A stretch of 64,000 nt of DNA from a virus, in IMG/VR virus record IMGVR_UViG_3300037521_000345, positions 35,004 to 99,003 of that record. One strand, written 5' to 3'. The position numbers were made by a program, and so were the translations under genes. The notes under the pieces were generated by a model. That model was given only the letters and a program-made list of their open reading frames with translations. It ran no database searches and had not been told where the DNA came from. Below, piece after piece: positions 28,661 through 38,837 of the stretch (positions are counted from its first letter, which is position 1; the number at the start of each line of letters is the position of its first letter).

Positions 28661-31315
28661 ATGCAGCGTGTTAAAGATGATTTTGAAGATTATGATATTC
28701 GTATAAATAGTAGTTTTGCTTCTTTATTACTTTCAAATTTACAAGAAATAGACTCAACAAAAGATCATAAAAAAGCAACACCAGTAAGACGACTAAAAGT
28801 ATTACCAACAGAAGAATATCTTAAAAAATATTCAAAGCTAACATCATATGCTTCAACGATTCTCCCTCCTGGATGTAGATATGTTGAACCTCTTCCAAAT
28901 GGTGGTAAAATATTTATTATTGAAGAACAACCACAATTTAGAACAATTGCAATGAATATAAAATTTGATATTATGTATGAAGAGATCAAAGCACAGAATT
29001 TATTATCAAAATATGAAATTGAAGGATGGTTGGAGAGTACTTCTGAAGGACGTTTGGGAGAGCGTTATCATAAATTAAACCTTGCATTTCCATATGTTAT
29101 ATTTATTGTTTATATTAGTCCTTCAACAAAAGTTGAAAAAGGATATTGTTTCCTTAGAACCAAGCAAATGTTAGGATTATCTGATTATCTTTTTAAAATT
29201 CCTTTATCAAATATTGCAGAAAATCAGGTAATATGTTTTGGTGGTCGTCTGAATAAAAATCTCTATAATACAGATGCAGAAGCTGTTAGAGATACTATTG
29301 ATATATTTTGGACAAGTGTGTTTAATCAAGATTATACATATAATCTTAAAGCATACAATGATGTTTCAGGAATTTCAAATTTCTTGGAATGGCAATATCT
29401 GTCAAGGGAAGATCCAATGTTTATATATCGAGCTGATTGGATTAAATACAAAGGAACTATTTATGATCTTATTAATAGTTTAAAAGAAAGACTTACTTCA
29501 GCAGCTGGTCGATTAGATAATCCTGGATTATCTACATATAGAAGATTTATTGATATATTTACAAAACCTGCAAAAATTGGAGAAATTCGAACTGGAAAAA
29601 TTCGAACTAGAATTGAACCAGTTTATTATGATGTCACTAATAGTTATTTCTTAAACAATGAACTTAGAATAGAAATTGGAGATTCATTTAAAAATCGAAC
29701 AGGTTCTAAAAAATATCATATAATTTCATTTATTGGTCTTAAAGGAAAAGAACCAAAAACTATTAGACTTTCAAAGAATAAAAAACTCTTCAACTTTAAA
29801 CTAAATGAATCTTCAAAAAATTATATATTAAAACAACTTAAAGAAGAACGATATATTAAGAGTATTGAAATTGATGGAATGGAAATTAAAGCTGATGATA
29901 TTATAAACTACAAAGATAATGTGGGAAATATAGTACATAAAAGAGTTCTTTATATTAGAAAAACTGTAGATGGTCGTTCAGAAATAAAACTTGGTACCAA
30001 ATATTTCTTAGCTCAAAATCTTCCATCACCATTAAAAAAGACTAATATAGGTAAACCAGAAATTTATGGTATTAACTTGGAGAAAGGAATAGAGTATTCA
30101 TATTTTCATGCTTCTGCATCTAAAACTATTATTAATAAAGTAGAAAGATGTACATTCGATGCTATTGATGTTGGATTAAATAATGAATTAATATATAGAT
30201 TTAAATCTTTAGAATCTGGAAGAGATTCAAGTTCTATAATTGTTCGTATGAGTCACGAGGATACAAGTTATAGACAAAGGATATATCTAAAATTGAGTGA
30301 TACATTATTGTGTCAAAATTCTCTTATCATTTCAGTTGGTCGATTATTAAGAAAATTTATAGATTATGATAATGAAGGAAATGAAATACCAGCTAAAGTT
30401 TATAAATCTCCTACTCATTATAATATGGATATCAATGCAACTCACGAAATTGCAGATCCAAGACAAGTACATAATCTTATTAAAAATGAAGGTAAAACAT
30501 TTGAGATTGATACACATTTTGGTATTCTTAAATTTGAAATTGGTGATTTAGTCGTAATTGCAAATTGGAAAAATCCTTTAAGTATTTTGGATATAAGAAG
30601 GATTGAGGGATTCAATTTAGAAGATAAGACTGGATCAACTGAACTCTCATTTATATTAGCAGATAAAACGGGTAATTTAACTAAAGAGTTATATGTATTT
30701 AAAGATAATATTAGAATTGGATATATTAGAAAAATTATAACTAGATTTGAAGGTCTATCTTCTGGTATGAAGATAATAGCAAATGTGGGTAGGATATCAA
30801 ATTTTCCAAAGAAAGATACTAATATTATTGTTGGTATTATTACTGATGGTCCTCATCCAATGGTATTATGTTCAAACGGATGCAGTCTATGGTATCAAGA
30901 TGTTATAGATAATTTTAAACAAATCCCAATAGGTTCATCTGAATGGGCAGCAAGTGAGCATGCTACATTAGATCCAAAAAAAATTAAACTTCAAACAGGT
31001 GATATTGTTATACCATATTATAAAAATTCATTAAACGATTGTGGATATTTAATGGTTCAAATAAGACATGCAAATACTCTTAGATATCATCCACTAAGTT
31101 CATATCGTACATCATATGATAACTATAGTTCTGAAGGTGACAATAAAGCTTTTCAACAAGAATCCATACTTGATTGTATTCCAAATCCAAGAGTTTCAAA
31201 ACCAAAACAAGCTGCGGAAGGATATGTCGCTGGAGTACCTAACTTTCATGGGGGAATTGTTTTGAGTGATAAATCTAAATTTCTCTACATAAATGATCCA
31301 AGGAGCTTTATCTAA
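28661..31315 (+). CDS. Large protein with N-terminal prokaryotic E2-like (Prok-E2_D/PRTRC-B-like) domain
   Basis: LAFPYVIF...LFKIPLSNIAENQVICFG...FWTSVFN matches the E2 family D pattern with its conserved Cys; adjacent to JAB and E1 genes. Confidence 0.65.
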   Translation: MQRVKDDFEDYDIRINSSFASLLLSNLQEIDSTKDHKKATPVRRLKVLPTEEYLKKYSKLTSYASTILPPGCRYVEPLPNGGKIFIIEEQPQFRTIAMNIKFDIMYEEIKAQNLLSKYEIEGWLESTSEGRLGERYHKLNLAFPYVIFIVYISPSTKVEKGYCFLRTKQMLGLSDYLFKIPLSNIAENQVICFGGRLNKNLYNTDAEAVRDTIDIFWTSVFNQDYTYNLKAYNDVSGISNFLEWQYLSREDPMFIYRADWIKYKGTIYDLINSLKERLTSAAGRLDNPGLSTYRRFIDIFTKPAKIGEIRTGKIRTRIEPVYYDVTNSYFLNNELRIEIGDSFKNRTGSKKYHIISFIGLKGKEPKTIRLSKNKKLFNFKLNESSKNYILKQLKEERYIKSIEIDGMEIKADDIINYKDNVGNIVHKRVLYIRKTVDGRSEIKLGTKYFLAQNLPSPLKKTNIGKPEIYGINLEKGIEYSYFHASASKTIINKVERCTFDAIDVGLNNELIYRFKSLESGRDSSSIIVRMSHEDTSYRQRIYLKLSDTLLCQNSLIISVGRLLRKFIDYDNEGNEIPAKVYKSPTHYNMDINATHEIADPRQVHNLIKNEGKTFEIDTHFGILKFEIGDLVVIANWKNPLSILDIRRIEGFNLEDKTGSTELSFILADKTGNLTKELYVFKDNIRIGYIRKIITRFEGLSSGMKIIANVGRISNFPKKDTNIIVGIITDGPHPMVLCSNGCSLWYQDVIDNFKQIPIGSSEWAASEHATLDPKKIKLQTGDIVIPYYKNSLNDCGYLMVQIRHANTLRYHPLSSYRTSYDNYSSEGDNKAFQQESILDCIPNPRVSKPKQAAEGYVAGVPNFHGGIVLSDKSKFLYINDPRSFI

Positions 31316-33093
31316 TGTTTAAAGTAATAGTAGCAGATGGGAAACAAGAATTACCAGATGATGATATTTATTATATAGTTGCAAAAGAAGGTATTTTTAT
31401 TAAAAAGAAATTGGGTATTATGGATAGTGTATCACCAGTAAAAAATATATCAATATTAGAAAGCGTTAAAGCAACAGCTAAAATGAATATTGAAAAAATA
31501 CCTTCATTAGCAGTAGCTAAAATTGCAAATTTCTTTCGTCATGTTTATAAAGAACATAAATCAGAAGCAATTGTATTATTATTTTATAATGAAGAATCTA
31601 AAAAATATAAACTAGTTCCTCCATCACAAAAGGTCAGTCCAGCTTCAATTGAATATAATAGATCAGTTATTATTGATGGATTTACTATGATTGGAGACAT
31701 TCATAGTCATAGTTCAATGTCTGCATTTCATTCAGGTACAGATCAAGGCGATGAAGAATCCTTTGATGGATTACACATTACATTTGGAAATCTAGGTGAT
31801 GAAATGATAAGTATTTCAGCATCAATCGTTTCAAATGGCAATAGAGTAATGGTTGAACCAGAACAATATATGAAAGGGGTATCATTAGAAAGTAAAATTG
31901 ATGAGGTTGAAAAAATTCCTACTACTCGAATTTATAGATGGGTAAATGGAGCTATGGTTGAACAAACTCCAAAGTATTCAACTAAATCTTATAAAACCAT
32001 TCATAAGTTTGATAAGCGATATAAAATAATCAGTCAAACTGCTATCAAAGCTATAGTTCCTCCCAAATGGATAAAGGCAGTTGAACATGGTTTCTCTCCA
32101 TATGGACAATATGGTCAGGCATGGAGAAATGTTTGGGAAGGAAATTATCAAAATGGTCGATGGAATCGTGGTAAATGGATTCCCCCTCAATATAGTAGAG
32201 GATGGAATGAAAACTTTGATCCAGATGTTTGGGCATTGAATAAAAAAGATGAAAAAATACCACCTCAAAATGTTGGAGTTAAAGTTGACCCTATTAAATT
32301 TCCACCACATAATCAAGGTCCAGTCATTACTGATATAACTCCAGAGAAACGCAATGCTTGTGAAACTTGTCCCTTTAAAGATAGAGCATTTGAATATGTT
32401 GCTTCACGTTTAGTAAAAGAAAATAAAGGTACAATAGTAGAAGAAGAAGAAAAAGGTATTTGGGATGAAAAAGAAGTATATGAATGTATGAAGTGTAATG
32501 TAGTTGTATCATTTGATTTTGATGATAATGGCGATGTTATAGGAGATATAATATGTCCTGAATGTAAATCAAATGATCATTTGATTGAACTTGATATGGA
32601 AGAAGATTCATTTGATGATGAAATGAAATTTGATCTTGATCCATATGCACCAGATTCAAAACCTGGTAGTAGTCTTCATTGTGAATCTTGCAATAGTGAT
32701 TTTGATGCATCAATGCTTCGAAGTGATGTTGAAAAAGGAGCAAAATGTCCATTTTGTGAAACATCATTATTTAATGCAGAAGATCTAAATTATGTGAAGG
32801 AAAATGATGAATATGTTTGCAAAGGTTGTTCAACTATGTTTACTTATGATCTAATAAAGAATGATTGTTGTCCTTTTTGTAAAGAACCTCTTATATTAAA
32901 AGGACATGTACCAGGAGAATTATTAAATCCAGATTCAGAAAAAATAGAGCAGGTATCTAAAGAAGAAATACATAACTATCAAGCAGCAAAAGAAAATCCG
33001 CATCCAGCTGATATTATACCTGATCCTTCTGAAAAGAGACAAAGAATAAATCCAATAGAATGGTTAAATGAAAAGTTAGGGAGAAATAAATGA
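31315..33093 (+). CDS. JAB/MPN+ metalloprotease (deubiquitinase-like) with C-terminal Zn ribbons
   Basis: SEA...IHSHSSMSAFHSGTD (E-HxH-S-D JAMM motif); multiple CxxC pairs. Confidence 0.85.
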   Translation: MFKVIVADGKQELPDDDIYYIVAKEGIFIKKKLGIMDSVSPVKNISILESVKATAKMNIEKIPSLAVAKIANFFRHVYKEHKSEAIVLLFYNEESKKYKLVPPSQKVSPASIEYNRSVIIDGFTMIGDIHSHSSMSAFHSGTDQGDEESFDGLHITFGNLGDEMISISASIVSNGNRVMVEPEQYMKGVSLESKIDEVEKIPTTRIYRWVNGAMVEQTPKYSTKSYKTIHKFDKRYKIISQTAIKAIVPPKWIKAVEHGFSPYGQYGQAWRNVWEGNYQNGRWNRGKWIPPQYSRGWNENFDPDVWALNKKDEKIPPQNVGVKVDPIKFPPHNQGPVITDITPEKRNACETCPFKDRAFEYVASRLVKENKGTIVEEEEKGIWDEKEVYECMKCNVVVSFDFDDNGDVIGDIICPECKSNDHLIELDMEEDSFDDEMKFDLDPYAPDSKPGSSLHCESCNSDFDASMLRSDVEKGAKCPFCETSLFNAEDLNYVKENDEYVCKGCSTMFTYDLIKNDCCPFCKEPLILKGHVPGELLNPDSEKIEQVSKEEIHNYQAAKENPHPADIIPDPSEKRQRINPIEWLNEKLGRNK

Positions 33094-33773
33094 ATTATTT
33101 ATCTATCAAAATACTTGGATTGGGCGGTGTAGGTTCAGTATTATGTGAAAAAATATCAAGATTCTTAAACTACTCCAGAGATATTAGAGCAAATATTACG
33201 CTCATAGATGGAGATTCGTATGAAGCAAAAAATTATCAACGTCAAGAGTTTACAATATTAGGAAATAAATCTGAAATTAAAGGGGGTGATTTAGAAGAGA
33301 AATTTCCAGAATTAGAATTAGACTTTTATCCTGAGTATATAAATCAGCACAATATTAATCAAGTTATTAAAACAGATGATATTGTATTTCTATGTGTAGA
33401 TAATCATAAAACCAGAATGATTACTTCTAATTACTGTAATAATTTAAATAACATTACTTTAATTTCTGGGGGAAATGAATTTACAGATGGTAATGTACAA
33501 ATTTATGTCAGAAAAGGAGGTAAAGATTTAACCCCTGACTTATGTGCTTATCATCCAGAAATTGCAAATCCTGTAGATAAATTACCAGAGGAAATGAGTT
33601 GTGAAGAACTCGCCAATTCGGATCCTCAGCTATACTTCACTAATGTGTGGGTAGCTACGATAATGTGTTCCGCATTTTATAATGTGGTTATTAAGAATCA
33701 GATAGGGACATCAGAAATTTATTTCGATATGAAACAGATGTCCATGATTGCGCAGTCAAGAGCTCTGAAATAA
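33090..33773 (+). CDS. E1-like ThiF/MoeB adenylating enzyme
   Basis: GLGGVG, DGDSYEAKNYQRQ, K, CVDN...R; candidate catalytic Cys in MSCEE. Confidence 0.88.
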   Translation: MNYLSIKILGLGGVGSVLCEKISRFLNYSRDIRANITLIDGDSYEAKNYQRQEFTILGNKSEIKGGDLEEKFPELELDFYPEYINQHNINQVIKTDDIVFLCVDNHKTRMITSNYCNNLNNITLISGGNEFTDGNVQIYVRKGGKDLTPDLCAYHPEIANPVDKLPEEMSCEELANSDPQLYFTNVWVATIMCSAFYNVVIKNQIGTSEIYFDMKQMSMIAQSRALK

Positions 33774-33810
33774 TAACCTTAGATAAAAAAAGAATAGGAG
33801 AATTAACATC

Positions 33811-34317
33811 ATGTCGAATGAATATTCACGATCGAATTTAGAAGAGATGACAGTAAAAGAACTTCGTCGTCTTTGTGTAGACAACCTGGCAATTCCAGGT
33901 ATGACAAAAAAGCGTAAAGATATTGTTATCGACGCTATCTTGAAAAATGCAAATGCAGGTCCTATCAAATCAGCTAAAACAGCTCCTGCCGAAACTTCCA
34001 TTAAACCAACGCCTGGACCAATTAAAGAGATGGACTTTACTGGCCACTCAATAATGAATAAACCCTATGAGTCATTTGGTAAGAAAACCACAACTACAAT
34101 CCAGGTAACTTGTGGTGCCAGCACAGGAGCTTTTCCTGTTGAAGGAAAAAGTGTTGCAGAAGTTGGTGAGTTCCTGCGTGAAGTTCTTAACGTAGATAAA
34201 TTATCCACTGGATTGGTCAATGGTAAAGAGGTTCGTGGTGATCACGTATTAAAGAATGGAGATAGTTTGGAATTTATGAAACCTTCCGGACGTAAGGGTG
34301 ATCGTAAGGGTTGCTAA
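33811..34317 (+). CDS. Ubiquitin-like (beta-grasp) protein with N-terminal SAP/Rho-N-like helical domain
   Basis: LEEMTVKELRRLC...KKRKDIVIDAIL; C-terminal domain GKSVAEV..LREVLNV...VNG.....VLKNGDSLEFMKPSGRKG(DRKGC). Confidence 0.75.
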   Translation: MSNEYSRSNLEEMTVKELRRLCVDNLAIPGMTKKRKDIVIDAILKNANAGPIKSAKTAPAETSIKPTPGPIKEMDFTGHSIMNKPYESFGKKTTTTIQVTCGASTGAFPVEGKSVAEVGEFLREVLNVDKLSTGLVNGKEVRGDHVLKNGDSLEFMKPSGRKGDRKGC

Positions 34318-34332
34318 AATATTATCCCTGCA

Positions 34333-34361
34333 AGATGGGGATTCTATTTAGGTCCCCATCT
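34333..34361 (+). terminator. Stem-loop after the Ubl gene (terminator or mRNA stabiliser)
   Basis: AGATGGGGA/TCCCCATCT inverted repeat. Confidence 0.55.
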
Positions 34362-34388
34362 ATCTCTTCTGAAAGGAAACCTTAAACT

Positions 34389-35291
34389 TTGAACTTCTTT
34401 AATACTATAACAATAATTGGAACAGGAACATTAGGAGGACATCTTTGTAAACATCTTGCTGAAAGTTCAAAAGTATGTAAACTAATTTTAATTGATAAAG
34501 ATATTGTTGACACTAAAGATACAGAAGTTGGTATCTTTCAACCAGTGGATATTCATGAACCAAAAGTTCATGCACTATACCATAAATTTAAAAATTATAA
34601 TACAGAAATTGAACCAATGGTAGAATTTTATATAGATGGTATTACAAATTTACCAATATCAGATCTTACAATTGATTGTAGAAATATATTTGGAAAAAGA
34701 GATTTAAATATTGATATGAAAATGTTTATATCAGAAAGATTTCTAATATTAGATTTTGGAAAAAAGTATGAAAATGAAAATCAACGTAAAGGCGAATATT
34801 CTATTCAACTATCAGAACATGAAATAAGTAGAGCTGCATACTATGCTACAACTTTAATATGTAGTGATATATTGAAAGAACTATTAAAAAGTCAATCAAT
34901 AAAATATATTGATATTGATATTATACAAACAATAATGTTAAAAAGTATTAAAGAATCAAAACAAAAATCCAACATTATTTATGATTTAGATAAGGATACT
35001 AAAAGGTTGAGAAGAATTGATGAAGTTATACAACCTATATTAAAAAAGAATAAAACAACTTCTCTTAAAATAGCAGTCAAAGAAAGAAATTCAATTGTTA
35101 GAGAAGTTTTTAATATGCCAAAGTTTGCAGAAACGACATATAAAATAATTCCACAAGATAGTTTAAAACAACCAGAAGATGTAATTGATATTTTAAAAAA
35201 AGCAATTGAAGGTAAAAGTGAAACTTTAAAATTTCTACCAGTTCTTATAGATGATAAAATTCATATTTTAGAAGATACAGGAGGAGCATAA
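34389..35291 (+). CDS. Second, degenerate ThiF/E1-like protein ending in -GGA
   Basis: GTGTLG and IDKDIV..K present but NxxRQ absent; C-terminus IHILEDTGGA; TTG start. Confidence 0.6.
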   Translation: MNFFNTITIIGTGTLGGHLCKHLAESSKVCKLILIDKDIVDTKDTEVGIFQPVDIHEPKVHALYHKFKNYNTEIEPMVEFYIDGITNLPISDLTIDCRNIFGKRDLNIDMKMFISERFLILDFGKKYENENQRKGEYSIQLSEHEISRAAYYATTLICSDILKELLKSQSIKYIDIDIIQTIMLKSIKESKQKSNIIYDLDKDTKRLRRIDEVIQPILKKNKTTSLKIAVKERNSIVREVFNMPKFAETTYKIIPQDSLKQPEDVIDILKKAIEGKSETLKFLPVLIDDKIHILEDTGGA

Positions 35292-35761
35292 TGGAACATC
35301 ATTTACAAATATTTGGTTCTAAAATTAGTCCAAGTGTTGATTATAATTTTTACTTTGAAAAAATAATTCCAAAATTTATTATTAAAGATGGAGTTCCAGA
35401 AGTTATAACTGATCTTCATGAAAAATATCATCTAGAAGGATTTATGATTAAGACTATTGGTAAAAAATTATTATCTGTTATGATATATGGAAGGCATCCA
35501 AATGTAGATATTAATACAGATGAACTTTGTTTAAAGGTTGAAGAAAAACGTACAGTTGTTACAGATATACAAGCTTTAAAAGATATATTAATCAATAGAC
35601 TCCAAGTTTGGTATTTCAATGACTGTCATTTTAGACCAGATGAATTTTTCTATAAAACAAAACCGGTTGATGGATTTATGAAAATAGATGTTAATTTTAA
35701 AAAGGGAGAAATATACGATGGAGAAGCACCCTTTAGACGAATATATCCAACTGAAGATTGA
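35291..35761 (+). CDS. Possible UBC/E2-fold protein
   Basis: HPNVDINTDELCL resembles the E2 signature HPN-x(7-8)-C-L; ubiquitin-like operon context. Confidence 0.45.
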   Translation: MEHHLQIFGSKISPSVDYNFYFEKIIPKFIIKDGVPEVITDLHEKYHLEGFMIKTIGKKLLSVMIYGRHPNVDINTDELCLKVEEKRTVVTDIQALKDILINRLQVWYFNDCHFRPDEFFYKTKPVDGFMKIDVNFKKGEIYDGEAPFRRIYPTED

Positions 35762-35942
35762 AGAATTTATAAATCAACATGAATCACAAATTACAAAAAA
35801 AGATGCACAAATTATCATTAAATCTTTAATGCCATTTATTGATGAAATGGTATCAGAAAAAGTAAAATATCATTTTAAATTATTAGCAAATCATTTACTA
35901 GATACATTAAAATCTACAGAGGAGAAATTAAAAGATGCCTAG
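35718..35942 (+). CDS. Small hypothetical protein
   Basis: ATG at 35718 with GGGAG RBS. Confidence 0.55.
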   Translation: MEKHPLDEYIQLKIEEFINQHESQITKKDAQIIIKSLMPFIDEMVSEKVKYHFKLLANHLLDTLKSTEEKLKDA

Positions 35943-38619
35943 AATTCTTAACTATAATGAATTTTGTGAACAATTACAGGATGTTCCGTCATTAAAAGTA
36001 ATAGCAAAAAAAAAGTTTCATCCTGAAGGTCTATTTTCTGAACAAATTTTTGGACCAGTAAAAAATTATACTTGTCAGTGTGGTATCTATTACGGACCAT
36101 CCAATGTAAAAACAGGAAGTAAATGTGATCTATGTAAAGTAGATATTGTTAATAGTGATGTAAGACGAACAAGATTTGCGAAAATAGTTTTACCATTTCC
36201 AATAGTCAATCCTTTATTTTATGATTTATTAGTTGAAATAGGTGGAAAGAATTTAAAATCAGCATTAGATGAGTTGATGAAAAATGAAAAAAGTTTTATG
36301 TATAGTGATGGTGTTGAGCATGTGGTTACATCGGATGAATCAAAAAGACCAAGAGAAGGAACTATCTATGAAAGAACAGATGCAATTTATAAATTAGTTA
36401 AAGATATTGCCACAGGATTAGCAAATGAAGGAATTGAAGAGTGGAAAATTGTTCTTGACAATATTGATAATCTATTAACTGACAAAGTAATTGTATTACC
36501 TCCAGATCTAAGACCAGCATCAAGAGGTGGAGGAGGTAAGCATTTAATGGATAAAATCAATAGATATTATGTTCAAATTTTAACTAATAAAAGTCTGATG
36601 CAAGGAACAATTTTAAATATCCAAAGAGATAAGAATCTATATTATACATACTTTAAATTGATACAAAAAAATGTAAACGAATTATATAACAGAATTCTCG
36701 AAAAGATGGCAAAAAAGGAAGGTTTAATTCGTGGAAATATTTTAGGAAAGAGAATAGATTTTTCAGGTCGAGCAGTAATTACACCTGATCCTTCTCTAAC
36801 ATTAACCGAATGTAAACTCCCTTACTTTATGGCATTGGAGATATATAAACTTCCAATTGCCAAACGAATAATAGAGTTAGAAAAATTTAAAGTATTAAAT
36901 GATGCTCTTGACTTTATTGATAATTGCATTGAATTTAAAAAATTTGATCTCTTTGAAATATGTAAAGATACAGTTGAAGGACAAATATGTATATTAAATA
37001 GACAACCATCGCTACATAGACTTGGAATGCTAGGTTTTGAAGTTCTAATTACATCAGATCAAGTTATTAAAATTCATCCATTAGTATGTCCTCCGTTTAA
37101 TGCAGATTTTGATGGAGATCAAATGGCAGTCTATGTTCCTATTACAGAAGGAGCTAAAAATGAAATATCTGAAAAAATGCTTGCAATTAATAATTTAAGC
37201 AGTCCATCAAATGAAAATTTAACAACCACTCCTAGTCAAGATATTATTTTAGGAATTTATTTCTTGACTAAAGGTATCTTTGATGGACAATTAGATGATG
37301 AGACAGGTCTATCTATTTTTAATAGCACGCTTCCAGAGAATTATCCAATCATTGATGAAACTGTTAATGAGAAGAAATTATTAGATATTTTAAATGATAT
37401 AAAAGATAATTATTCAAATGATGAAATTATTAGAGTTTTAGATACTATTAAAACAGTTGGATTTACATATGCAACATTGTTTGGTTGTACTATGTCATTA
37501 GAAAATTTTCAATCTAAAAAATTAACAGATTTAAGAGATAAAATATTTACAAAAAATACAATTAGAGATCAATTAATCGCATTATCAAATAAAGGAATTA
37601 CAAAAGCATTAAGAGATAATTTTGAATATTCATATATGATTGAATCTGGTGCCAGAGGTAGTTGGGATCAAGTTAAACAAATTATTATGACCCGAGGATT
37701 TGTATCGAATTTCGATGGAGAGATTCTTCCAACTCCTATTAAACATAACCTAGTTGAAGGTTTAACTGAAAAAGAATTTTTCTTTTCAACATATGGATGT
37801 CGAAAGGGACTCCTTGATATTGCATTAAATACAGGGACATCAGGATATCTTTCAAGAAAATTAATTTTCACTTGTGCTAATTTACAAATTGATACAAATT
37901 TAGATGACTGTGGAACAACTGATCTTCTTGAAGTTTATGTTAAAACCGAAAGAAAAGCAAGAATGTTAATCAATAAATATCAATCAACTGAAACAGGTTT
38001 GGAAGTAATTACTAAACAAAATTATAAAAATATAATTGGAAAAACAATTTGGATACGAAGTCCAATATTATGTAAGTCGCCTAAACTATGTTGCAAATGC
38101 TATGGAGATTTATATAAAAAACTCAATAGTCGATTTGTTGGAATCATAGCTGCACAGACTCTTGGTGAACGAGGGACTCAATTGGTTCTTAGAACTTTTC
38201 ATACATCAGGATCAGCTGTTATAAAAGGTGAATCTCAAGAAGATGGTTCATTAAAGCAAAAAGATATTATTGGGGATTTAGCAACTGTATCACAAATTCT
38301 ACATAAATTCAAAAATAAAATATATACTGATATAGTTCAAGAATTATTTGAAGTATATAATAAAGACATTTATCATGTCCATTATGAATGTGTTGTTGCT
38401 CAATTAATGTGGAAAGATTATAAGAAATGGAGACTTATAAAAGATAGACATTTATATGCTTCAGATTATTATTCAATACAGTCAGTTCCAAATCAAGAAA
38501 GTTGGATATTAGCAATGGCATTCTCAAATCCTAAAAAGAGTATCTTACATGGAATTTTAAATGAGGGAAAATACTCAGGTATAATGGATAAAATTCTAAA
38601 AGGGGAAAAAATAGTATGA
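35935..38619 (+). CDS. rpoC: RNA polymerase beta'-like catalytic subunit (compact, 894 aa), RNAP locus 2
   Basis: GLFSEQIFGP, Zn finger, PPDLRP, GKRIDFSGRAVI, NRQPSLH, catalytic NADFDGD, SGARG, RTFHTSG. Confidence 0.96.
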   Translation: MPRILNYNEFCEQLQDVPSLKVIAKKKFHPEGLFSEQIFGPVKNYTCQCGIYYGPSNVKTGSKCDLCKVDIVNSDVRRTRFAKIVLPFPIVNPLFYDLLVEIGGKNLKSALDELMKNEKSFMYSDGVEHVVTSDESKRPREGTIYERTDAIYKLVKDIATGLANEGIEEWKIVLDNIDNLLTDKVIVLPPDLRPASRGGGGKHLMDKINRYYVQILTNKSLMQGTILNIQRDKNLYYTYFKLIQKNVNELYNRILEKMAKKEGLIRGNILGKRIDFSGRAVITPDPSLTLTECKLPYFMALEIYKLPIAKRIIELEKFKVLNDALDFIDNCIEFKKFDLFEICKDTVEGQICILNRQPSLHRLGMLGFEVLITSDQVIKIHPLVCPPFNADFDGDQMAVYVPITEGAKNEISEKMLAINNLSSPSNENLTTTPSQDIILGIYFLTKGIFDGQLDDETGLSIFNSTLPENYPIIDETVNEKKLLDILNDIKDNYSNDEIIRVLDTIKTVGFTYATLFGCTMSLENFQSKKLTDLRDKIFTKNTIRDQLIALSNKGITKALRDNFEYSYMIESGARGSWDQVKQIIMTRGFVSNFDGEILPTPIKHNLVEGLTEKEFFFSTYGCRKGLLDIALNTGTSGYLSRKLIFTCANLQIDTNLDDCGTTDLLEVYVKTERKARMLINKYQSTETGLEVITKQNYKNIIGKTIWIRSPILCKSPKLCCKCYGDLYKKLNSRFVGIIAAQTLGERGTQLVLRTFHTSGSAVIKGESQEDGSLKQKDIIGDLATVSQILHKFKNKIYTDIVQELFEVYNKDIYHVHYECVVAQLMWKDYKKWRLIKDRHLYASDYYSIQSVPNQESWILAMAFSNPKKSILHGILNEGKYSGIMDKILKGEKIV

Positions 38620-38837
38620 AAGAACTAGAGCAAGAATTGCTTGACCGTTATGCAGACTACAGAGATCCAGATTCTAACTGGATAAAAACAAATCTACCAG
38701 ATGAGTTAAATGATACTGGAGCAAAAGATTTTATAATAAAACCTCATGATGCAAAATCAGTTAGTCAGGTTAATTCATTTACAATATATTATGAGGTTAA
38801 AGGAAAAAGAATTGTTAAATTTGTAAGGAGAATATAA
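38616..38837 (+). CDS. Small hypothetical protein, paralog A
   Basis: MKELEQEL..NW.K..I.P.DAKS pattern shared with the next gene. Confidence 0.6.
   Translation: MKELEQELLDRYADYRDPDSNWIKTNLPDELNDTGAKDFIIKPHDAKSVSQVNSFTIYYEVKGKRIVKFVRRI

Noticed and set aside
33090-34317. Thiamine/molybdopterin sulfur-carrier (ThiF-ThiS) pathway
   Set aside because: No thiG or moaE-type partners nearby; the neighbours are E2-like and JAB genes.
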